Below, piece by piece: positions 51,201 to 62,130 of a DNA stretch of 64,000 nucleotides; the stretch's first letter is position 1, and every line of letters starts with the position of its first letter. The notes below the pieces were generated by a model. The model worked only from the letters and a program-made list of their open reading frames with translations. It made no database searches and was not told the origin of the DNA. This stretch comes from Mobula hypostoma (taxonomy: Eukaryota): NCBI RefSeq assembly GCF_963921235.1, contig NC_086108.1:2046001-2110000 (forward strand), read 5' to 3'. The position numbers were made by a program, and so were the translations under genes.

Positions 51201-54200
51201 GGGAGTTGGTCACGGGTAGAGATGAGGGGAGTTGGTCAAGGGGAGAGACGACGGTGAGTTGGTCACGGGGAGAGACGAGGGGAGTTGGTCACGGGTAGAG
51301 ACGAGGGGGACTTGGTCACGGGTAGAGAGGAGGGGGATTTGGTCACGGGTAGAGAGGAGGGGTGTTGGTCACGGGTAGAGAGGAGGGGTGTTGGTCACGG
51401 GTAGAGACAGGGGGAGTTGGTCACGGGTAGAGACGAGGGAGAGTTGGTCACGGGTGGAGACGAGGGGAGTTGGTCACGGGTAGAGACGAGGGAGAGTTGG
51501 TGACGGGTAGAGACGAGGGGAGTTGGTCACGGGAAGAGAAGAGGGGAGCTGGTCACGGGTAGCGACGAGGGGAGCTGGTCACGGGTAGAGACGAGGGGAG
51601 TTGATCTCCGGTAGGGACGAGGGCAGTTGGTCACGGGTAGGGACGTGGGGAGTTGGTCACGGGTAGAGACGAGGGGAGTTGGTCACGGGGAGAGACGAGG
51701 GGAGTTGGTCCGGGTAGAGACGCGGGGGAGTTGGTCACGGGTAGAGACGAGGGAGAGTTGGTCACGGGTAGAGACGAGGGGAGTTGGTTACGCGTAGAGA
51801 CGAGGGGAGTTGGTCCCGGGTAGAGACGAGGGGAGTTGGTCACGGGTAGAGACGAGGGGAGCTGGTCACGGGTAGAGACGAGCGGAGCTGGTCAAGGGTA
51901 GAGACGAGGGAGATTTGATCATTGGTCGAGACGAGGGGAGTTGGTCACGCGTAGAGACGAGGGGAGTTGGTCACGGGTAGAGACGAGGGAGAGTTGGTCA
52001 CGGGTAGAGACGGGGGGAGTTGGTCACGGGTAGAGACGGGGGGAGTTGGTCACGGATAGAGACGGGGGGTGTTGGTCACGGGTAGAGACGAGGGAGAGTT
52101 GGTCACAGGTAGAGACGAGGGGAGTTGGTCACGGGTAGAGACGAGGGGAGCTGGTCACGGGTAGAGACGAGGGGAGTTGGTCACGGGTAGAGACGAGGGG
52201 AGTTGGTCACGGGTAGAGACGAGGGGAGTTGGTCACGGGTCGAGACGAGGGGGAGTTGGTCACGGGTAGAGACGAGGGGGAGTTGGTCACGGGTAGAGAC
52301 GAAGGGAATTGGTCACGGGTAGAGACGAAGGGAATTGGTCACGGGTAGAGACGAGGGGGAGTTGGTCACGGGTAGAGACGAGGGGAGTTGGTCACGGGTA
52401 AAGATGAGAGGGAGTTGGTCACGGGTAGAGACGAGGGGAGTTGGTCACTGGTAGAGACGAGGGGAGTTGGTCATGGGTAGAGCTGACAGAGAGTTTTTCA
52501 TGGGTAGAGACAAGGAGAGTTGGTCACGGGTAGAGATGACGGAGAGTTGGTCACGGGTAGAGACGAGGGGAGTTGGTCACGGGTAGAGTCGAGGGCAGTT
52601 GGTCACGGGTCGAGACGAGGGAGAGTTGGTCATAGGTAGAGACGAGGGGTGTTGGTCACGCGTAGAGACGAGGGGAGTTGGTCACGGGTAGAGCCGAGTG
52701 GAGTTGGTCACGGGTAGAGACGAGTGGAGTTGGTCACGGGTAGAGACGAGGGAGAGTTCGTCACGGGTAGAGACGAGTGGCGTTCGTCACGCGTAGCGAC
52801 GAGGGGAGTTGGTCACGGATAGAGACGAGGGGAGTTGTTCTCGGGTAGAGTCGAGGGGAGTTGGTCACGGGGAGAGACGAGGGGAGTTGGTCACGGGTAG
52901 AGACGAGGGGAGTTGGTCACGGGTAGAGAAGAGGGGAGTTGGTCACGGGTAGAGACGAGGAGAGTTGGTCATGGGTAGAGACGAAGGGAGTTGGTCACGG
53001 GTAGGGACGAGGGGGAGTTGGTCACGGGTAGAGACGAGGGGAGTTGGTCACGGGTAAAGATGAGAGGGAGTTGGTCACGGGTAGAGACGAGGGGAGTTGG
53101 TCACGGGTAGAGACGAGGGGAGTTGGTCATGGGTAGAGATGACGGAGAGTTGGTCATGGGTAGAGACGAGGGGAGTTGGTCATGGGTAGAGATGACGGAG
53201 AGTTGGTCACGGGTAGAGACGAGGGGCGTTGGTCACGGGTAGAGACGAGGGAGAGTTGGTCATTGGTAGAGACGAGGGGTGTTGGTCACGCGTAGAGACG
53301 AGGGGAGTTGGTCACGGGTAGATACGAGTGGAGTTGGTCACGGGTAGAGACGAGTGGAGTTGGTCACGGGTAGAGACGCGGGAGAGTTGGTCACGGGTAG
53401 AGACGAGTGACGTTCATTACGCGTAGAGACGAGGGGAGTTGGTCACGGATAGAGACGAGGGGAGTTGTTCTCGGGTAGAGTCGAGGGGAGTTGTTCACGG
53501 GTAGAGATGAGGGGAGTTGTTAACGGGTAGAGACGAGGGGAGTTGGTCACGGGTAGAGACGAGGGGAGTTGGTCACGGGTAGAGACGAGGGGAGTTGGTC
53601 ACGGGGAGAGACGACGGGGAGTTGGTCACGGGGAGAGACGAGGGGAGTTGGTCCGGGTAGAGACGAGGGGGAGTTGGTCACGGGTAGAGAGGAGGGGGAG
53701 TTGGTCACGGGTAGAGACGAGGGAGAGTTGGTCACGGGTAGAGAGGAGGGGTGTTGGTCACGGGTAGAGACGAGGGGGAGTTGGTCACGGGTAGAGACGA
53801 GGGGGAGTTGGTCACGGGTAGAGACGCGGGGGAGTTGGTCACGGGTAGAGACGAGGGAGAGTTGGTCACGGGTAGAGACGAGGGGAGTTGGTCACGGGTA
53901 GAGACGAGGGGAGTTGGTCACGGGTAGAGACGAGGGGAGTTGGTCACGGGTAGAGACGAGGGGGAGTGGTCACGGGTAGAGACGAGGGGAGTTGGTCACG
54001 GGTAGAGACGAGGGAGATTTGATCATTGGTCGAGACGAGGGGAGTTGGTCACGCGTAGAGACGAGGGGAGTTTGTCACGGGTAGAGACGAGGGAGAGTTG
54101 GTCACGGGTAGAGACGAGTGAAGTTAGTCACACGTGAAGATGAGGGGAGTTGGTCACGGGTAGAGACGACCGAGAGTTGGTCACGGGTAGAGACGGGGGG

Positions 54201-54939
54201 AGTTGGTCACGGGTAGAGACGAGGGGAGTTGGTCACGGGTAGAGACGAGGGGAGTTGGTCACGGGTAGAGACGAGGGAGAGTTGGTCACGGGTAGAGACG
54301 AGGGGGAGTTGGTCACGGGTAGAGACGAGGGGAGTTGGTCACGGGTAAAGATGAGGGGAGTTGGTCACGGGTAGAGACGAGGGGAGTTGGTCACGGGTAG
54401 AGACGAGGGGAGTTGGTCATGGGTAGAGATGACGGAGAGTTGGTCATGGGTAGAGACGAGGGGAGTTGGTCATGGGTAGAGATGACGGAGAGTTGGTCAC
54501 GGGTAGAGACGAGGGGCGTTGGTCACGGGTAGAGACGAGGGAGAGTTGGTCATTGGTAGAGACGAGGGGTGTTGGTCACGCGTAGAGACGAGGGGAGTTG
54601 GTCACGGGTAGATACGAGTGGAGTTGGTCACGGGTAGAGACGAGTGGAGTTGGTCACGGGTAGAGACGCGGGAGAGTTGGTCACGGGTAGAGACGAGTGG
54701 CGTTCGTTACGCGTAGAGACGAGGGGAGTTGGTCACGGATAGAGACGAGGGGAGTTGTTCTCGGGTAGAGTCGAGGGGAGTTGTTCACGGGTAGAGACGA
54801 GGGGAGTTGTTAACGGGTAGAGACGAGGGGAGTTGGTCACGGGTAGAGACGAGGGAAAGTTCGTCACGGGTAGAGACGAGGGGAGTTGGTCACGGGTGGA
54901 GACGAGGGGAGTTGGTCACGGGTAGAGACGAGGGGAGTT

Positions 54940-57800
54940 GGTCACGGGTAGAGACGAGGGGGAATTGGTCACGGGTAGAGAGGCGGGGGAGTTGGTCAGG
55001 GTTTAGAGACGAGGGGAGTTATCACGGGTAGAGACGGGGGGGTGTTGGTCACGGGTAGAGACGAGGGGAGTTGGTCACGGATAGAGACGAGGGGTGTTGG
55101 TTACGGGTAGAGACGAGTGAGAGTTGGTCACGGGTAGAGACGAGGGGAGTTGGTCACGGGTAGAGATGATGGAGAGTTGGTCACGGGTAGAGACGAGGAG
55201 AGTTGGTCACGGTTAGAGACGAAGGGAGTTGGTCACGGGTAGAGACGGGGGGGAGTTGGTCACGGGTAGAGACGAGGGGGAGTTGGTCACGGGTAGAGAC
55301 GAGGGGAGTTGGTCACGGGTAGAAAGGAGGGGTGTTGGTCACGGGTAGAGAGGAGGGGTGTTGGTCACGGGTAGAGACGGGGGGAGTTGGTCATGGGTGG
55401 AGACGAGGGAAGCTGGTCACGGGTAGAGACGAGGGGAGTTGGTCACGGGTAGAGACGAGGGGAGTTCGTCACGGGTAGAGACGAGGGAGATTTGGTTACG
55501 GGTAGAGACGAGGGGAGTTGGTCACGGGTAGAGACGAGGGGAGTTGGTCACTGTTAGAGACGAGGGGAGTTGGTCACTGGTAGAGAAGAGGGGGAGTTGG
55601 TCACTGGTAGAGACGAGGGGAGTTGTTCACGGGTAGAGACGAGGGGAGTTGTTAACGGGTAGAGATCAGGGGAGTTGGTCACGGGTAGAGACGAGGGAAA
55701 GTTCGTCACGGGTAGAGACGAGGGGAGTTGGTCACGGGGAGAGACGAGGGGTAGTTGGTCACGGGGAGAGACGAGGGGAGTTGGTCACGGGTAGAGACGA
55801 GGGAGAGTTGGTCACGGGTAGAGACGAGGGAGAGTTGGTCACGGGTAGAGACGAGGCGAGTTGGTCACGGGTAGAGACGACGGGGAGTTGGTCACAGGTA
55901 GAGACGAGGGAGAGTTGGTCACGGGTAGAGACGAGGGAGAGTTGGTCACGGGTGGAGACGAGGGGAGTTGGTCACGGGTAGAGACGAGGGAGAGTTGGTC
56001 ACGGGTAGAGACGAGGGAGAGTTGGTCACGGGTAGAGACGAGGGGAGCTGGTCACGGGTAGAGACGAGGGGAGCTGGTCACGGGTAGCGACGAGGGGAGC
56101 TGGTCACGGGTAGCGACGAGGGGAGCTGGTCACGGGTAGAGACGAGGGGAGCTGGTCACGGGTAGAGACGAGGGGAGTTGATCTCGGGTAGGGACGAGGG
56201 GAGTTGGTCACGGGTAGGGACGTGGGGAGTTGGTCACGGGTAGAGACGAGGGGAGTTGGTCACGGTGAGAGACGAGGGGAGTTGGTCCGGGTAGAGACGA
56301 GGGGGAATTGGTCACGGGTAGAGAGGAGGGAGAGTTGGTCACGGGTAGAGACGAGGGGAGTTAGTCACGGGTAGAGACGGGGGGGTGTTGGTCACGGGTA
56401 GAGACGAGGGGAGTTGGTCACGGATAGAGACGAGGGGTGTTGTTCTCGGGTAGAGTCGAGGGGAGTTGTTCACGGGTAGAGACGAGGGGAGTTGTTAACG
56501 GGTAGAGACGAGGGGAGTTGGTCACGGGTAGAGACGAGGGAAAGTTGGTCAGGGGTAGAGACGAGGGGAGTTGGTCACGGGGAGAGACGAGGGGGAGTTG
56601 GTCACGGGGAGAGACGAGGGGAGTTGGTCACGGGTAGAGACGAGGGGAGTTGGTCACGGGTAGAGACGAGGGGAGTTGGTCACGGGTAGAGACGAGGGAG
56701 AGTTGGTCACGGGTAGAGACGAGGGAGAGTTGGTCACGGGTAGAGACGAGGCGAGTTGGTCACGGGTAGAGACGACGGGGAGTTGGTCACGGGTAGAGAC
56801 GAGGGAGAGTTGGTCACGGGTAGAGACGAGGTAGAGTTGGTCACGGGTGGAGACGAGGGGAGTTGGACACGGGTAGAGACGAGGGAGAGTTGGTCACGGG
56901 TAGAGACGAGGGAGAGTTGGTCACGGGTAGAGACGAGGGGAGCTGGTCACGGGTAGAGACGAGGGGAGCTGGTCACGGGTAGAGACGAGGGGAGTTGATC
57001 TCGGGTAGGGACGAGGGGAGTTGGTCACGGGTAGGGACGTGGGGAGTTGGTCACGGGTAGAGACGAGGGGAGTTGGTCACGGTGAGAGTCGAGGGGAGTT
57101 GGTCCGGGTAGAGACGAGGGGGAATTGGTCACGGGTAGAGAGGAGGGGGAGTTGGTCACGGGTAGAGACGAGGGGAGTTGGTCACGGGTAGAGACGGGGG
57201 GGTGTTGGTCACGGGTAGAGACGAGGGGAGTTGGTCACGGATAGAAACGAGGGGTGTTGGTTACGGGTAGAGACGAGTGAGAGTTGGTCACGGGTAGAGA
57301 CGAGGGGAGTTGGTCACGGGTAGAGATGATGGAGAGTTGGTCACGGGTAGAGACGAGGAGAGTTGGTCACGGTTAGAGACGAAGGGAGTTGGTCACGGGT
57401 AGAGACGAGGGGGAGTTGGTCACGGGTAGAGACGAGGGGGAGTTGGTCACGGGTAGAGACGAGGGGAGTTGGTCACGGGTAGAAAGGAGGGGTGTTGGTC
57501 ACGGGTAGAGAGGAGGGGTGTTGGTCACGGGTAGAGACGGGGGGAGTTGGTCATGGGTGGAGACGAGGGAAGCTGGTCACGGGTAGAGACGAGGGGAGCT
57601 GGTCACGGGTAGAGACGAGGGGAGTTGGTCACGGGTAGAGACGAGGGAGATTTGGTTACGGGTAGAGACGAGGGGAGTTGGTCACGGGTAGAGACGAGGG
57701 GAGTTGGTCACTGTTAGAGACGAGGGGAGTTGGTCACTGTTAGAGACGAGGGGAGTTGGTCACTGGTAGAGAAGAGGGGGAGTTGGTCACTGGTAGAGAC
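54940..57800 (+). repeat. Nested duplications, offsets 2160 bp and about 895 bp
   Basis: The sequence from 55081 matches the sequence from 57241 almost base for base (2160). ORFs 55861/56756 give 895. Confidence 0.8.
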
Positions 57801-60290
57801 GAGGGGAGTTGGTCACGGGTAGAGACGAGGGGAGTTGGTCACGGGTAGAGACGAGGGGGAGTTGGTCATGGGTAGAGACGAGGGGGAGTTGGTCATGGGT
57901 AGAGATGATGGAGAGTTGGTCACGGGTAGAGACGAGGAGAGTTGGTCACGGGTAGAGACGAAGGGAGTTGGTCACGGGTAGAGACGAGGGGGAGTTGGTC
58001 ACGGGTAGAGACGAGGGGAGTTGGTCACGGGTAAAGATGAAAGGGAGTTGGTCACGGGTAGAGACGAGGGGAGTTGGTCACGGGTAGAGACGAGGGGAGT
58101 TGGTCATGGGTAGAGATGACGGAGAGTTGGTCATGGGTAGAGACGAGGGGAGTTGGTCATGGGTAGAGATGACGGAGAGTTGGTTACGGGTAGAGACGAG
58201 GGGCGTTGGTCACGGGTAGAGACAAGGGAGAGTTGGTCATTGGTAGAGACGAGGGGTGTTGGTCATGCGTAGAGACGAGGGGAGTTATTCACGGGTAGAT
58301 ACGAGTGGAGTTAGTCACGGGTAGAGACGAGTGGAGTTGGTCACGGGTAGAGATGCGGGAGTGTTGGTCACGGGTAGAGACGAGTGGCGTTCGTTACGCG
58401 TAGATACGAGGGGAGTTGGTCACGGATAGAGTCGAGGGGAGTTGTTCTCGGGTAGAGTCGAGGGGAGTTGTTCACGGGTAGAGACGAGGGGAGTTGTTAA
58501 CGGGTAGAGATGAAGGGAGTTGGTCACGGGTAGAGACGAGGGGAAGTTCGTCACGGGTAGAGACGAGGGGAGTTGGTCACGGGGAGAGACGAGGGGTAGT
58601 TGGTCACGGGGAGAGACGAGGGGAGTTGGTCACGGGTAGAGACGAGGGGAGTTGGTCACGGGTAGAGACGAGGGAGAGTTGGTCACGGGTAGAGACGAGG
58701 GAGAGTTGGTTACGGGTAGAGACGAGGGGAGTTGGTCACGGGTAGAGACGAGGGGGAGTTGGTCACGGGTAGAGACGAGGGGGATTTGGTCACGGGTAGA
58801 GAGGAGGGAGAGTTGGTCACGGGTAGAGATGATGGAGTGTTGGTCACGGGTATAGACGAGGGGAGTTGGTCATGGGTAGAGACGAAGGGAGTTGGTCACG
58901 GGTAGAGATGAGGGGGAGTTGGTCATGGGTAGAGATGAGGGGGAGTTGGTTACGGGTAGAGACGAGGGGAGTTGGTGACGGGTAGAGACTAGGGGAGTTG
59001 GTCACTGTTAGAGACGAGGGGAGTTGGTCACTGTTAGAGACGAGGGGAGTTGGTCACTGGTAGAGAAGAGGGGGAGTTGGTCACTGGTGGAGACGAGGGG
59101 AGTTGGTCACGGGTAGAGACGAGGGGAGTTGGTCATGGGTAGAGACGAGGGGGAGTTGGACATGGGTAGAGATGATGGAGAGTTGGTCACGGGTAGAGAC
59201 GAGGAGAGTTGGTCACGGGTAGAGACGAAGGGAGTTGGTCACGGGTAGAGACGAGGGGGAGTTGGTCACGGGTAGAGACGAGGGGAGTTGGTCACGGGTA
59301 AAGATGAAAGGGAGTTGGTCACGGGTAGAGACGAGGGGAGTTGGTCACGGGTAGAGACGAGGGGAGTTGGTCATGGGTAGAGATGACGGAGAGTTGGTCA
59401 TGGGTAGAGACGAGGGGAGTTGGTCATGGGTAGAGATGACGGAGAGTTGGTCACGGGTAGAGATGAGGGGCGTTGGTCACGGGTAGAGACGAGGGAGAGT
59501 TGGTCATTGGTAGAGACGAGGGGTGTTGGTCATGCGTAGAGACGAGGGGAGTTAGTCACGGGTAGATACGAGTGGAGTTAGTCACGGGTAGAGACGAGTG
59601 GAGTTGGTCACGGGTAGAGACGCGGGAGAGTTGGTCACGGGTAGAAACGAGTGGCGTTCGTTACGCGTAGAGACGAGGGGAGTTGGTCACGGATAGAGTC
59701 GAGGGGAGTTGTTCTCGGGTAGAGTCGAGGGGAGTTGTTCACGGGTAGAGACGAGGGGAGTTGTTAACGGGTAGAGACGAGGGGAGTTGGTCACGGGTAG
59801 AGACGAGGGAAAGTTCGTCACGGGTAGAGACGAGGGGAGTTGGTCACGGGGAGAGACGAGGGGTAGTTGGTCACGGGGAGAGACGAGGGGAGTTGGTCAC
59901 GGGTAGAGACGAGGGGAGTTGGTCACGGGTAGAGACGAGGGAGAGTTGATCACGGGTAGAGACGAGAGAGAGTTGGTTACGGGTAGAGACGAGGGGAGTT
60001 GGTAACGGGTAGAGACGAGGGGGAGTTGGTCACGGGTAGAGACGAGGGAGAGTTGGTCACGGGTAGAGACGGGGGAGAGTTGGTCACGGGTAGAGAGGAG
60101 GGGGAGTTGGTCACGGGTAGAGAGGAGGGAGAGTTGGTCACGGGTGGAGATGATGGAGTGTTGGTCACGGGTAGAGACGAGGGGAGTTGGTCATGGGTAG
60201 AGACGAAGGGAGTTGGTCACGGGTAGAGATGAGGGGGAGTTGGTCATGGGTAGAGATGAGGGGGAGTTGGTTACGGGTAGAGACGAGGGG
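57690..60290 (+). repeat. Higher-order tandem duplication, period about 1267 bp
   Basis: The A marker at 58385/59652 and ORFs 58494/59761 are 1267 apart. Both copies share AAAGATGAAAGG, GGATAGAGTCGAG and TTAGTCAC variants. Confidence 0.85.
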
Positions 60291-62130
60291 AGTTGCTCAC
60301 GTGTAAAGATGAGAGGTAGTTGGTCACGGGTAGAGACGAGGGGAGTTGGTCACGGGTAGAGATGAGGGAGAGTTGGTCATTGGTAGAGATGAGGAGAGTT
60401 GGTCATGCGTAGAGTTGAGGGGAGTTTGTCACTGGTAGAGACAAGGGGAGTTGGTCACGGGTAGAGAAGAGGGAGAGTTGGTCACGGGTAGAGACGAGGG
60501 AGAGTTGGTCACGGGTAGAGACGGGGGGAGTTGGTCATGGGGAGAGATGACGGAGAGTTGGTCATGGGTAGAGACGAGGGGAGTGGGTCATGGGTAGAGA
60601 TGAGGGAGAGTTGTTCATGGGTAGAGATGAGGGAGAGTTGGTCACTTGGTAGAGACGAGGGAGAGTTGGTCACGGGTAGAGACGAAGGGAGTTGGTCACG
60701 GGTAGAGACGAGGGGGAGTTGGTCACAGGTAGAGACGAGGGGAGTTGGTCACGGGTAAAGATGAGAGGGAGTTGGTCACGGGTAGAGATGGGTGGAGTTG
60801 TTCACGGGTAGAGACGAGGGGAATTGGTCATGGGTAGAGATCACGGAGAGTTGGTCATGGGTAGAGACAAGGGGAGTTGGTCATGGGTAGAGATGACGGA
60901 GAGTTGGTCACGGGTAGAGACTAGGGGCGTTGGTCACGGGTAGAGACGAGGGAGAGTTGGTCATTGGTAGAGACGAGGGGTGTTGGTCACGCGTAGAGAC
61001 GAGGGGAGTTGGTCACGGGTAGATACGAGTGGAGTTGGTCACGGGTAGAGACGAGTGGAGTTGGTCACGGGTAGAGACGAGGGAGAGTTGGTCACGGGTA
61101 GAGACGGGGGGAGTTGCTCATGGGTAGAGATGACGGAGTGTTGGTCATGGGTAGAGATGACGGAGAGTTGGTCATGGGTAGAGACGAGGGGAGTTGGTCA
61201 TGGGTAGAGATGAGGGAGAGTGGTTCATGGGTAGAGACGAGGGAGAGTTGGTCACTGGTAGAGACGAGGCAGAGTTGGTCACGGGAAGAGACGAGGGAGA
61301 GTTGGTAACGGGTAGAGACCAGGGAGAGTTGGTCATGGGTAGAGACGAGGGGTGTTGGTCACGGGTAGAGACGAGGGAGATATGTTCACGGGTTGAGGCG
61401 AGGGAGAGTTGGTCACGGGTAGAGACGAGGGAGAGTGGGTCACGGGTAGAGACGAGGGTGAGTTGTTCACGGGTAGAGACGAGGGGAGTTGGTCATGGGT
61501 AGAGACGAAGGGAGTTGGTCACGGGTAGAGATGAGGGGGAGTTGGTTACGGGTAGAGACGAGGGGAGTTGGTCACGTGTAAAGATGAGAGGTAGTTGGTC
61601 ACGGGTAGAGACGAGGGGAGTTGGTCACGGGTAGAGATGAGGGGGAGTTGGTTACGGGTAGAGACGAGGGGAGTTGGTCACGTGTAAAGATGAGAGGTAG
61701 TTGGTCACGGGTAGAGACGAGGGGAGTTGGTCACGGGTAGAGAGGAGGGGAGTTGGTCCCGGGTAGAGGTGAGGGAGAGTTGGTCATTGGTAGAGATGAG
61801 GGGAGTTGGTCATGCGTAGAGATGAGGGGAGTTTGTCACGGGTAGAGACAAGGGGAGTTGGTCACGGGTAGAGAAGAGGGAGAGTTGGTCACGGGTAGAG
61901 ATCAGGGAGAGTTGGTCACGGGTAGAGACGGGGGGAGTTGGTCATGGGTAGAGATGACGGAGTGTTGGTCATGGGTAGAGATGACGGAGAGTTGGTCATG
62001 GGTAGAGACGAGGGGAGTTGGTCATGGGTAGAGATGAGGGAGAGTTGTTCATGGGTAGAGACGAGGGAGAGTTGGTCACTGGTAGAGACGAGGGAGAGTT
62101 GGTCACGGGTAGAGACGAGGGAGAGTTGGT
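59800..62130 (+). repeat. Short B-type block
   Basis: The B marker reappears at 60298, 61573 and 61679, together with the CATTGG/CATGCG/TTTGTC..GACAAG/GAAGAG variant series and the GACCAGG and GAGGCGAG variants. A partial A cassette lies inside it at about 60915-61060. Confidence 0.7.

Larger units (their letters stand above)
39050..59800 (+). repeat. Sub-family A block (central-right), dominated by 26-mers; boundaries approximate
   Basis: The A marker TGGCGTTCGTTACGC or a close variant occurs at 39219, 40743, 42135, 43636, 44345, 48002, 49495, 51045, 52778, 53408, 54698, 58385 and 59652. The B marker is not seen from 38992 to 60298. Confidence 0.8.
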